Source: Candidatus Dormiibacterota bacterium
Lineage (GTDB): Bacteria > Chloroflexota > Dormibacteria > CF-121
Reading direction: 5' to 3'
Length of the DNA: 57,466 bases
NCBI GenBank assembly: GCA_035716185.1
Contig: DASTJZ010000075.1
Span: 1-57,466, forward strand
The notes beneath the pieces are model-generated. The model saw only the letters and a list, made by a program, of their open reading frames with translations, was not told the origin of the DNA and did no database searches. The position numbers and the translations under genes were made by a program. This document shows positions 27,810-36,937 of the stretch, one piece after another (the first letter of the stretch is position 1; each line of letters begins with the position of its first letter).

Positions 27810-28427
27810 TCAGACCGCGTCCTCCCAGGCCTTGAGGAACTGATACACAATGCGACCGGTCGCGCCCCAGATCACATCGTCGCCCACCGTGTAATAGTGG
27901 ATGCGATACGCCTGCTCACCGACCATGCGGGTCTCTGTCGAATGCACACTCGGGTCGAGCAGCGTCGTCAGCGGGACGACCAGCAGGCTCTTGACCTCGT
28001 CTGGAGCCAGCCGGAGATCGTCGATCTGCCCATCGACCAGCCCGACAATGGGCGTGATCACGAAGCCACTGACCGACGTGAAGACGTCATCGAGCTCACC
28101 CAGCACTGTCACCCGGGAGGGCTCCAGGCCGATTTCCTCGTAGCTCTCCCGCAACGCGGTCTCTACCGTTTCCGTGTCCGTCTCCTCTTGCTGGCCGCCC
28201 GGGAACGAGATCTGTCCCTTGTGCGTCAGCACGGTGTCGGTTCGCCGGGTGAGGAGCAGTTCGACGCCGTTGCCACGATGCACCAGCGGGATCAGGACAC
28301 CGGCACGCATCAAAGGGGGCGCGACGTCGATGCCCTGGCGAACCCGCTCGCGAAGCACGTGCCGGAGCCGGTCGAGCTGGCCGTCGGCGGCCGAATCGAC
28401 CCGGGCGGCCAACGGTGTCAGGTCCAT
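27810..28427 (-). CDS. CoA pyrophosphatase (NudL/PCD1-like Nudix)
   Basis: LLTRR....HKGQISFPGG, ALRESYEEIG, ITPIVG, IWGATG. Confidence 0.9.
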   Translation of the reverse strand: MDLTPLAARVDSAADGQLDRLRHVLRERVRQGIDVAPPLMRAGVLIPLVHRGNGVELLLTRRTDTVLTHKGQISFPGGQQEETDTETVETALRESYEEIGLEPSRVTVLGELDDVFTSVSGFVITPIVGLVDGQIDDLRLAPDEVKSLLVVPLTTLLDPSVHSTETRMVGEQAYRIHYYTVGDDVIWGATGRIVYQFLKAWEDAV

Positions 28428-28603
28428 GCCTCGAACGACACCGGCACCTGGTGGCCGCAGTGGCTGCAGACCCAGACCTGGCCGCGCCGGACCACCTGCC
28501 GGCCGTCTTCGAGACGAACCGTTTGGTCCGGACCGGTGATGCGCTCCCAGCGTGGCATGTGCTTGCACTGGTCGCAGATGGTTGGTGGCGGGTTGGCCTT
28601 CAT
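28418..28603 (-). CDS. 61-aa zinc-ribbon protein
   Basis: MKANPPPTICDQC...WVCSHCGHQV: two CxxC pairs; 3' end overlaps the Nudix start. Confidence 0.65.
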   Translation of the reverse strand: MKANPPPTICDQCKHMPRWERITGPDQTVRLEDGRQVVRRGQVWVCSHCGHQVPVSFEAWT

Positions 28604-28610
28604 CCGTCGA

Positions 28611-29210
28611 TTATCCCCGCTGAACTCGCGACTCAAGCGGGCGAAGCACCCGAGCCGGATTTCCGCCAACGATGACGCCGGCTGGGACATCATCGAATAC
28701 CACCGCGTGGATGCCGACCACCGAGTCTCTGCCGATGTGGATCCCAGGCATGACCGACACCTGTCCACCGATCCAGACGTTGGCTTCGATGATCACGGGC
28801 CGCGGTGGAGACGGCGCCCGGCGGTGAACGGGCGACTCGGAATAGGGGAGATGATCGCGCACCTCACACGAGCCCAGGACGCAGTCCGCGCCCACGTCAA
28901 CGAGTTGGGCGGCGACGATGGTGCACCCATTCAAACGTGCGTTCGCGCCAATGCGGATCAACGCCTCGGGCCGCGTCGTGATCAAGCGATTGACCTCGGC
29001 GTGCGACCAGGCATTGACATCTGGCTCGATGACGACCCGGCCGGGACCACTAATTCGAAGCCTCCCGTTCCCAAGCAGACGTGGACCGAGCTCCACGCGC
29101 CGTTGGACGCGATAGGGTGCCGTTGTCAGCCAGCCCAGGGCCTGCGCGGCGGCGAGCTTCCAGTTCACTTTAGGCGGTCGCGAACAGCCTACCTTTAACC
29201 GGGTCCACAC
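28611..29210 (-). CDS. Hexapeptide-repeat acyltransferase, paralog of 1716..2231
   Basis: PVIIEANVWIGGQVSVMPGIHIGRDSVVG...DDVPAGVIVGGNPAR. Confidence 0.85.
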   Translation of the reverse strand: MWTRLKVGCSRPPKVNWKLAAAQALGWLTTAPYRVQRRVELGPRLLGNGRLRISGPGRVVIEPDVNAWSHAEVNRLITTRPEALIRIGANARLNGCTIVAAQLVDVGADCVLGSCEVRDHLPYSESPVHRRAPSPPRPVIIEANVWIGGQVSVMPGIHIGRDSVVGIHAVVFDDVPAGVIVGGNPARVLRPLESRVQRG

Positions 29211-29313
29211 ATCACCTTCCCCAAACTTTCGCCGTCTCGCTTCGTGATAGTCATAGGTTCACCTTTGCGGGGTGACTTGCACCGATCAACGCGTTAGGGA
29301 AAAGGAGGAACGC

Positions 29314-31920
29314 ATGCGTACACCTACCAACTTGCCGTTGAAACGCGTCATCACCGGGGTGGCCGCCGCCGGCCTGCTGGGAGCCAGTGGCGTCGCACTT
29401 GCCGAAGAACCGTCTCCGTCCTCGCCGCCCGGGGTGACGTCGTACGGCTGGGCGCTGCACCCGGCCGGAAGGCAAATCGATTTGGCCGACAGCGTCTGGT
29501 GGGCCGACCGGCCGTATGGGCAGGGGCTGAGCCCGAAGGGGCGCTGGCTCATCGTGAGCAGCGCGGGGGCGTCGAATGAATCGGTCAAGCTCGTGGATAC
29601 GACGAGCGGGAAGGTGAAGCAGACGATTGCTTATGTCGCGCCGGAAGCGGTCAACGTGGGGGTGGTCTGGAGTCCGGATGGAACCCGCGCCTTCGTCTCG
29701 GGCGGTGGCGATGACAAGATCCGCACCTACACCTTCAACGGCAGCCACCTGACCGAGGGGCCAAGCATCCCCACTGCAGGCAGCGGCAACAAGGGTGCCT
29801 CGTACCCGATGGGGCTGGCGATCTCGAAGGACGGAACAACCCTGTACGCGGCTGAGAACCGCCTGGATACGCTTGCCGTGGTCGACCTTGCCTCGGCCGC
29901 TGTCACCCACGTTTCCGTCGGGACCTGCAACGAGCAGGGCGGACCCGTCAACTCTGGGGGGGCAGTGCCGCAGTGCCAGCCATACGGGGTCACGCTCTCG
30001 CCCGATGGATCGAAGGCTTACGTCAGCAACTGGGGTGAGGAAAGCATCAGCGTGATCAACACGGCAACCCGTAGTCTGACCGGGCAGATCCGCGCCGGAA
30101 TCGGTACGCATCCGAGCGCCCTCCGCACCAACCCTCAGGCTGCACGGCACCAAGCGGCGGTGACCAACGGCGACAGCGACACCCTCTCCATCATCAACAC
30201 GAACACGGATACCGTCGTGCGGACGATCGATCTCGCTCCCTATCGCAATGCTCCGCAGGGCAGCCAGCCCGATGCGCTGGCTTTTGCGCCGGACGGCAAC
30301 ACGCTGTATGTGGCGAATGCCGGCAACAACGATGTCGATGTGATCGGCCTCACCGGCGAGCGGGAAGAAAATCACGGCTCCATCCTTGGGATGATCCCAA
30401 CGGCGTGGTATCCCAGTGCCGTCGACGTGTCCCCCACGGGCCGCTCGCTCTACATCGCGAACGCCAAAGGCATGGGCGCCGGTCCCAATGAGGGCTACCA
30501 GCAGGGTCAATACAGGCCACCGAATCAGTATGTCGGCAGCATGATGCACGGCACCCTGCAGATTGTCTCGGCGCCGCGTGGCGACGAGCTGAACGGCTAT
30601 ACCCAGCAGGTCGTGCGCACGAATGGCTTCGATGAGCGCGCGAACGCACGAGTTGCCGCCGGCGAGGGCAGCTCGGTGATTCCGCGCCGTGTCGGAGACC
30701 CGTCGCCGATCAAGCACATCATCTACGTCGTCAAGGAGAACCGGACCTACGACCAGGTCTTTGGCAACCTGGAGAAGGGCAACGGTGATCCCGACCTGAC
30801 CCTCTTCGGCAACGACTCGGCGCCCAACATCCGCAACCTGGCTCGGCGGTTTGTGCTGCTCGACAACTACTACGCAGCCTCCGAAGTCTCCGCCGATGGA
30901 TGGAGCTGGTCGACCGAGGCAACCGCCAATACCTACGACCAGAAGACCTGGCCGGCGAACTATTCCGACGTGAACCGGGGCCGCGGCTATGACTGGGAAG
31001 GCGGCAACTATGCCTCAGCGGCGAACAAGAATCCCAAGGATTCCTACCTGTGGGATCGGCTGGCCGACCAGAACATCGGGTTCCAGAATTTCGGCTTCTG
31101 GACCATCTTTGGCAGTACCCCGCCCGGCGTCGCCGCGCAACCAACCGAGCCCCGGCTGGACGCAAAGACTGACCGCAACTACGAGGGCTACAACCTGGCC
31201 TGGGCCGACTCGCCGAAGGCTCCGCCCGTGCTCACGGGTGGCCAGGGTCCAGCTGGCAATTGTGCGGCCGAGGCGGGAACGACCACGAAAGCGCGGATTT
31301 GCGCGTGGATCCAGAACTTCCTCGCCAACGGGTTGCCAGCGGTCGAATTCGTCCGGTTGCCGAACGACCACACCGCCGGTACCCGCGCCGGTGCACCGGT
31401 GCCGAAGACCTACGTGGCCGACAATGACTACGCGGTCGGTTTGCTGGTGCAGACCATCTCGCACTCGAGCTACTGGAAGGACACCGCGATTTTCGTGACC
31501 GAAGACGATGCCCAGGATGGACCGGATCACGTCGACGGGCACCGTTCGGAATCGCTTGTGATCAGCCCCTACACCCAGACTGGCAAAGTCGACTCGACCT
31601 TCTACAGCACAGTGTCGATGCTCCGGACGATCGAGCTGATCGTCGGCGTCCACCCGATGACGCAGTACGATGCCGCGGCGACTCCCATGCTGAAGGCGTT
31701 CTCCGACGACACGAACCTGACGCCCTACGAGGCGGTCGTGCCCGCCATGCTCGCAAGCCCGGCGTTCAATGCACCAACCGCCCCGCTGGCGGCGCAGATG
31801 CAGGGCCTGAGCATGACGCAGGCGGACAACCTGCCCGAAAGTGTGCTGAACGCTGCCATCTGGAAGAGCGTGAGAGGCGCCGACAGCAGCCTCCCCGGAG
31901 GCGACCCGACCGGCGACTAA
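29314..31920 (+). CDS. Secreted YncE/YVTN beta-propeller plus phosphoesterase/alkaline-phosphatase-family protein
   Basis: SD AAGGAGG; signal peptide ending GVALA|EE; repeated SPDG..YV.N blades; IIYVVKENRTYDQVFG, LPNDHT, EDDAQDGPDHVD. Confidence 0.9.
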   Translation: MRTPTNLPLKRVITGVAAAGLLGASGVALAEEPSPSSPPGVTSYGWALHPAGRQIDLADSVWWADRPYGQGLSPKGRWLIVSSAGASNESVKLVDTTSGKVKQTIAYVAPEAVNVGVVWSPDGTRAFVSGGGDDKIRTYTFNGSHLTEGPSIPTAGSGNKGASYPMGLAISKDGTTLYAAENRLDTLAVVDLASAAVTHVSVGTCNEQGGPVNSGGAVPQCQPYGVTLSPDGSKAYVSNWGEESISVINTATRSLTGQIRAGIGTHPSALRTNPQAARHQAAVTNGDSDTLSIINTNTDTVVRTIDLAPYRNAPQGSQPDALAFAPDGNTLYVANAGNNDVDVIGLTGEREENHGSILGMIPTAWYPSAVDVSPTGRSLYIANAKGMGAGPNEGYQQGQYRPPNQYVGSMMHGTLQIVSAPRGDELNGYTQQVVRTNGFDERANARVAAGEGSSVIPRRVGDPSPIKHIIYVVKENRTYDQVFGNLEKGNGDPDLTLFGNDSAPNIRNLARRFVLLDNYYAASEVSADGWSWSTEATANTYDQKTWPANYSDVNRGRGYDWEGGNYASAANKNPKDSYLWDRLADQNIGFQNFGFWTIFGSTPPGVAAQPTEPRLDAKTDRNYEGYNLAWADSPKAPPVLTGGQGPAGNCAAEAGTTTKARICAWIQNFLANGLPAVEFVRLPNDHTAGTRAGAPVPKTYVADNDYAVGLLVQTISHSSYWKDTAIFVTEDDAQDGPDHVDGHRSESLVISPYTQTGKVDSTFYSTVSMLRTIELIVGVHPMTQYDAAATPMLKAFSDDTNLTPYEAVVPAMLASPAFNAPTAPLAAQMQGLSMTQADNLPESVLNAAIWKSVRGADSSLPGGDPTGD

Positions 31921-31932
31921 ATTCGACAGACA

Positions 31933-31966
31933 GCGAAAGGGCGGTGCTTCCGCGCCGCCCTTTCGC
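31933..31966 (+). terminator. Intrinsic terminator-like hairpin after the phosphoesterase
   Basis: GCGAAAGGGCGG-tgcttccgcg-CCGCCCTTTCGC: 12-bp perfect stem followed by a pyrimidine-rich tail. Confidence 0.7.
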
Positions 31967-32031
31967 TTCGCCTTCGTTCCGGAGGATATTTCCCAGGGCA
32001 TATACACAAATTAGTGTAATATCGAGCGTCA

Positions 32032-33540
32032 GTGCTGGCCCGAGCGCTGTCCGGGACGTTATTCGGACTCGAGGGCGTCAAGGTCGAAGTCGAGGCGGAC
32101 ATCGCCGATGGCTTGCCCGGCTTTCACATCGTTGGCCTGGGTGACCGCGCGCTCCAGGAGGCCAGGGAGCGGGTCAAGATCGCGATCAACAACAGCGGCT
32201 TCCAGTTTCCTGGCCGGCGCGTGACCGTCAACCTGGCGCCGGCGCAGCTACCCAAGGAGGGGAGTGGCTTCGACCTGGCGATCGCGGCGGCCATCGTCAA
32301 CGCGGCCGAGGAGCGCTCGCTCTCGGCCGAAGAGGCGTGGCTGGGCGAGCTGGCCCTCGACGGCAGCGTTCGGCCGATCCGCGGCACCCTGGCGATCACC
32401 GCGCACCTCGACCGGCTTGGGGTCCAGCGCTTCTATGTGCCGGCCGCCAATCTCGCCGAGGCCAGGATCGCGACCTCGGGGCTGGTCGTCGGCGTCAGCC
32501 ACTTCCGCGATCTCATTTCGCACTGGGAGGATGGCGCGCCGCTCCAGCCGCCGCCGGCAACTACGACCGGCGTGGCGCCATCCCCACCGCTTTCGCTGGA
32601 CCTGGCCGACATCCGGGGACAGGCACACGCTAAGCGGGCCCTGGAGATCGCCGCCGCCGGTGCGCATCATCTTTTATTGGTTGGTCCGCCGGGCGCGGGC
32701 AAGACCCTGCTGGCCCGCGCCCTGCCAGGCATCCTGCCGGCGCTGAGTCACGCCGAGGCCGTCGAGGTGACGTCGATCGCCTCATGTGTTGGCACCCTTC
32801 CGGCTGGCGCCGGACTGCTGGAGGTAGCTCCGTTTCGGGCGCCGCATCACACCATCTCGCCCGCAGCGCTGGTGGGAGGCGGCGGTGCCTCGCCACGACC
32901 GGGAGACGTGACCCGGGCTCACCGGGGGGTGCTGTTCATGGATGAAATCACGGAATTCCGACGCGACGCCCTCGAATCACTCCGGCAGCCGCTGGAAGAA
33001 GGACGGATCGCCGTGACGCGGACTCGAGGTCACGCCGTGCTTCCGAGCCGCTTTATCCTGGTCGCCGCCGCGAACCCCTGTCCATGCGGGTTCGCCGGCG
33101 ATCCGAAGCGGCTGTGTGAATGCACACCAATGGCGCGGCAACGCTATCGAGCGCGCCTGTCGGGTCCCATTCGCGATCGCATCGACTTGCAGGTCACCGT
33201 CCCGCGCCAGCCCGCGGCCGAGCTGATTCGCGGGGACCTGGTGATCGAGCCGAGTGGGGCGGTCCGCGACCGAGTGATCGAGGCGCGTGACCGGCAACGG
33301 ACGCGGCGGCCGCGCGGGCCGTTGAACGGCGCGCTCACCGGCCCACAGCTGCGCCAGGATGCGGCGCTCGACCGGGCCAGCCGAGGATTACTGGAGGCGG
33401 CAGCGGAGCGGCTGCATCTGAGCGGTCGCGCGGTGCATCGTGTGCTCCGGGTCGCGCGCACCATCGCCGACCTCGACCTGTGCGATGACGTGACCCAGGC
33501 GCACGTCGCCGAAGCGCTGCAGTATCGCGAAAGCGGATGA
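32032..33540 (+). CDS. YifB/ComM Mg-chelatase-like AAA+ ATPase
   Basis: GLPGFHIVGL, RVTVNLAPA..KEGSGFDL, GPPGAGKT, RAPHH, FMDE, NPCPCG, DRID. Confidence 0.93.
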   Translation: MLARALSGTLFGLEGVKVEVEADIADGLPGFHIVGLGDRALQEARERVKIAINNSGFQFPGRRVTVNLAPAQLPKEGSGFDLAIAAAIVNAAEERSLSAEEAWLGELALDGSVRPIRGTLAITAHLDRLGVQRFYVPAANLAEARIATSGLVVGVSHFRDLISHWEDGAPLQPPPATTTGVAPSPPLSLDLADIRGQAHAKRALEIAAAGAHHLLLVGPPGAGKTLLARALPGILPALSHAEAVEVTSIASCVGTLPAGAGLLEVAPFRAPHHTISPAALVGGGGASPRPGDVTRAHRGVLFMDEITEFRRDALESLRQPLEEGRIAVTRTRGHAVLPSRFILVAAANPCPCGFAGDPKRLCECTPMARQRYRARLSGPIRDRIDLQVTVPRQPAAELIRGDLVIEPSGAVRDRVIEARDRQRTRRPRGPLNGALTGPQLRQDAALDRASRGLLEAAAERLHLSGRAVHRVLRVARTIADLDLCDDVTQAHVAEALQYRESG

Positions 33541-34427
33541 GCATCGTCTGGCGCACCGATCCGGCCTATCCGGGGCTACTTCAGCAGATCCACGACCCGC
33601 CACGCCGCCTCTACCTGCGGGGCAAGATTCCCGACGGGCCTTCGATCGCAATCGTCGGCTCGCGACGGGCCACGCCCTACGGATGCCGCATTGCGCACCA
33701 GCTGGCGCACGAGCTGTCCGACGCCGGCATCGTGGTGGTCAGCGGGCTCGCTCGCGGCATCGACGCCGCGGCTCACCGCGGTGCGCTCGAGGGAGCGACC
33801 CCGACGGTGGCGGTGATGGCGACCGGCCTGGATCGGATCTATCCGCCCGAGCATGCCGAGCTGGCAGCGTCGATTGCGAAGACCGGAGCACTGGTCACGG
33901 AGGCGGCCGAAGGCACGTTGCCGCTCCCCGGTTACTTTCCGGTGCGCAACCGGATCATCAGCGGGCTCAGCCTGGGCGTGGTGGTCGTCGAGGCCGCTGA
34001 TCGAAGCGGGGCGCTGATCACGGCGCGCATGGCGCTGGAGCAGGGACGCGAGGTCTTCTGCGTTCCGGGCAGTATCGAAAACCCACTCGCCGTCGGCGTC
34101 CATCGCCTGATCAAAGATGGGGCTGTCCTGGTGCAGACCGTTGAGGATGTGCTGGATGAGTTTCCCGACCTCGCGCGCGCACGGGCGCGCGTACATGCGC
34201 GCGTACACGCGCGTGCGCGTGTGCGCACGCGCGCGCGTTCAGAACCGCAAGATCCCGAGCTATTTGCCGTTTGGGAATTGCTTGATTGGGTAGAACCGCG
34301 CCATCATGATGACCTGGCGATCATGATGAATCTGAACATCAAAGAAGTGAATCGGCGCTTGACGTTACTGGAGACGGGGGGCTATATAATCGGCGATCCC
34401 GGTGCGGTGACTCGCCGCGCCAGATAA
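33537..34427 (+). CDS. dprA: DNA-processing protein DprA
   Basis: IAIVGSR.AT.YG, VVSGLARGID..AH, FPVRNRIISG, VVEA..RSGALITA; low-complexity ARARARVH linker before a C-terminal winged helix. Confidence 0.95.
   Translation: MSIVWRTDPAYPGLLQQIHDPPRRLYLRGKIPDGPSIAIVGSRRATPYGCRIAHQLAHELSDAGIVVVSGLARGIDAAAHRGALEGATPTVAVMATGLDRIYPPEHAELAASIAKTGALVTEAAEGTLPLPGYFPVRNRIISGLSLGVVVVEAADRSGALITARMALEQGREVFCVPGSIENPLAVGVHRLIKDGAVLVQTVEDVLDEFPDLARARARVHARVHARARVRTRARSEPQDPELFAVWELLDWVEPRHHDDLAIMMNLNIKEVNRRLTLLETGGYIIGDPGAVTRRAR
34172..34238. repeat. Purine/pyrimidine-alternating tract (Z-DNA-prone) within dprA
   Basis: 34185-34238 is 54 nt of uninterrupted RY alternation, mostly CG, preceded by another 12 alternating nt; contains a tandem GCGCGCGTACA(T/C) repeat. 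Confidence 0.9.
34359..34390 (+). promoter_or_regulatory. Putative sigma70-type promoter for topA inside the dprA 3' end
   Basis: TTGACG 34359-34364, then TATATA 34383-34388 (18-bp spacer) or TATAAT 34385-34390 (20-bp spacer). Confidence 0.6.
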
Positions 34428-34437
34428 GAGAACCCTT

Positions 34438-36762
34438 ATGGCAAATCCCCTGATCATTGTTGAATCACCTGCGAAGGCGAAGACGCTTGGTCGCTTTCTT
34501 GGCGGCAAGTACGAGATTCGCGCGTCCATGGGTCACGTGCGCGACCTGCCCAAGAGCACCCTCGGCATCGATATCGAGCACGCGTTCAAGCCGGAGTACG
34601 TCACGATCCCGGGCAAGGAATCGACCATCAAGGAGCTGAAGGCCGCCGCCAAGGGAGCCTCGGACATCCTGCTCGCCTCCGATCCCGACCGCGAAGGCGA
34701 GGCCATTGCCTGGCATCTCGCGCACGTGCTCCACCTGAAAGATCCACGCCGGATCGAGTTGCACGAGATTACGCCCAGCGCCGTGCAGCGCGCGCTGGAG
34801 GCCCTGCGTCCCATGAACCAGGACCTTGTCGATGCGCAGCAGGCCCGCCGCGTCATCGACCGGCTGGTTGGTTACAAGCTGAGCCCGCTGCTCTGGAAAA
34901 AGATCCGCAAGGGCCTGAGCGCCGGACGCGTCCAGTCCGTCGCCGTTCGACTCGTCGTTGAGCGCGAAGAGGAGATCGAGAAATTCGTTCCGGTCGAGTC
35001 CTGGACGCTCGACGCCATGCTTTCCAAGGTGGATCTGCCGCAGCGCGTGTTCGCGGCCCGACTGGTGAGCAAGAAAGGCAGTGAGGAAAAACTCGAGCTG
35101 AAGAACGAGCCACAGATTCGGGAAATCATCGGCCAGCTCGACGGGGCGACCTACACCGTGCTCTCGATTGAAACCAAAGACAGCACGCGCAATGCACCGC
35201 CGCCCTACAAGACCAGCACCCTGCAGCAGGACGCCTCGTCCCGCCTGCGGCTCAAGCCCAATCGCACTATGAGCCTGGCGCAACAGCTCTATGAGGGCAT
35301 CGACCTCGGCACCGAGGGCCCGGTCGGTCTGATCACCTACATGCGCACCGACTCCTTCCGGATTTCCGACGAGGCCTCGATGGCGGCCCGGCGTTTCATC
35401 ACCGAGCAGTTCGGGCCGACCTACGCGCGGCGCGACAAAGTCGAGTTCAAGTCAAAGGGGCCGGTGCAGGATGCACACGAGGCGATCCGGCCCACCGATG
35501 TGACCCGGACGCCCGACTCGGTTCGTAACTTCCTGACCCCTGACCAGCTCAAGGTCTATCGCCTGATCTGGCAGCGGTTCACGGCGAGCCAGATGACCCC
35601 AGCGCGCTTCGCCCAGACCCGGGTCGATATCGGCGCGGGTGATTACCTGTTCCGCGCCAACGGCTCGGTGCTCGTCTTCGATGGCTTCTATCGTGTCTGG
35701 GAACGCGACACGGACGGCGACGAGGAGAAGGAGCTGCCGACGCTTTCCGTCAGCGAAGTTCTCAACCTCCAGGAGCTCAAGCCGGAGCAGCATTTCACCC
35801 AGCCGCCGCCACGCTACAGCGAGGCGACACTCATCAAGGCCCTCGAGGAGCTTGGGGTCGGGCGGCCCAGCACCTTTGCCCCGACGGTCGAGGTCATCCA
35901 GACCCGGCATTACGTGAAGCAGGAAGACCGGCGTCTGTATCCCACCGCGCTGGGCAAGACGGTCAATGGCTGGCTGATCGAGCAGTTCCCGGAGATCGTC
36001 GACGTGAAGTTCACCGCCGGCATGGAGGAGGAGCTCGACGACATCGAGGAGGGCCGGCGCAAGTGGGTGCCAATCGTCCGCGAGTTCTACAAGCCTTTTT
36101 CCCAGACCCTGCTCAAGGCTGAGAAAGGACCACGCGTCAAAGTCGAGATGCAGGAAACCGGTGAAGACTGCCCCAAGTGCAAGGAGGAAGGGCGCAACGG
36201 GCGACTCGTTTACCGGATGAGCAAGCTGGGCGAATTCATTGGCTGTTCGCTCTATCCCGAGTGTGACTACATCAAGGGACGCGAGGGGCAGGAAAAAGCG
36301 CCACCGCCCGAGCCAACCGGCGAGATGTGCCCGAAATGCGGCAAGCCGCTCGTCAAGCGGACGGGGAAACGCGGTCCCTTTGTCGCCTGCTCGGGCTATC
36401 CGAAGTGCCGCTATGTCAAGCGCGAGATCGACCCGGCCGACCTCATTGCGGACCGAGTCTGTCCAAAGTGTGGCAAGCAACTTCTCAACCGCAAGGGCCG
36501 CTTCGGCAGCTTTATCGGCTGCACCGGCTATCCGGACTGCCGCTACATCGAGGGTGGCCAGCGCACGGTGAAGCCGCCTGAACCGCACGAGCTGCTCATG
36601 GACGATCCCTGCCCCCGTTGCGGGAAACCGCAGGTGATGCGCCAGGGGCGCTATGGGGAGTTCAAGAGCTGTTCCGACTATCCGAACTGCAAACCGGAAC
36701 GGGCGGCGCGCCCCGCAGCGCGATCGCGCGGAGCCAAGAAGCCCACCGTCCCGGCTGCCTAG
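34438..36762 (+). CDS. topA: DNA topoisomerase I with four C4 zinc ribbons
   Basis: IIVESPAKAKT, DPDREGE, SAGRVQS, ITYMRTDS, AHEAIRPT; four CPxC...CxxYPxC repeats. Confidence 0.98.
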   Translation: MANPLIIVESPAKAKTLGRFLGGKYEIRASMGHVRDLPKSTLGIDIEHAFKPEYVTIPGKESTIKELKAAAKGASDILLASDPDREGEAIAWHLAHVLHLKDPRRIELHEITPSAVQRALEALRPMNQDLVDAQQARRVIDRLVGYKLSPLLWKKIRKGLSAGRVQSVAVRLVVEREEEIEKFVPVESWTLDAMLSKVDLPQRVFAARLVSKKGSEEKLELKNEPQIREIIGQLDGATYTVLSIETKDSTRNAPPPYKTSTLQQDASSRLRLKPNRTMSLAQQLYEGIDLGTEGPVGLITYMRTDSFRISDEASMAARRFITEQFGPTYARRDKVEFKSKGPVQDAHEAIRPTDVTRTPDSVRNFLTPDQLKVYRLIWQRFTASQMTPARFAQTRVDIGAGDYLFRANGSVLVFDGFYRVWERDTDGDEEKELPTLSVSEVLNLQELKPEQHFTQPPPRYSEATLIKALEELGVGRPSTFAPTVEVIQTRHYVKQEDRRLYPTALGKTVNGWLIEQFPEIVDVKFTAGMEEELDDIEEGRRKWVPIVREFYKPFSQTLLKAEKGPRVKVEMQETGEDCPKCKEEGRNGRLVYRMSKLGEFIGCSLYPECDYIKGREGQEKAPPPEPTGEMCPKCGKPLVKRTGKRGPFVACSGYPKCRYVKREIDPADLIADRVCPKCGKQLLNRKGRFGSFIGCTGYPDCRYIEGGQRTVKPPEPHELLMDDPCPRCGKPQVMRQGRYGEFKSCSDYPNCKPERAARPAARSRGAKKPTVPAA

Positions 36763-36824
36763 CGAGCCCGACAGGGGCGGCGCCGGCGCCTCGTGCGTCG
36801 AGTTTCAATTCACCGTTAAACGGC

Positions 36825-36937
36825 TATACTTGGCCACGCGCAAATAAGCACGTCTCCTGACGGCAACGGGTTGCCTCGTACGAGGTCCGCACGCCGGAGG
36901 ACGGAGGCGGAAGTAGAAACAGGAGGTCTTTCGTTCA
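36825..36937 (+). promoter_or_regulatory. rpsB promoter (TATACT) and probable S2 autoregulatory leader
   Basis: TATACT 36825-36830; the leader has CACG...GGGTTGCC...GGAGGAC-GGAGGC, resembling known rpsB leader motifs; SD AGGAGG. Confidence 0.45.

Noticed and set aside
29245-29280. PHO box upstream of the phosphoesterase
   Set aside because: GTCA/GTTCA half-sites are 8 bp apart rather than 11.
35900-36762. Four zinc ribbons in TopA; Zn-binding L28 and L32
   Set aside because: Within known variation, so noted in the features only.
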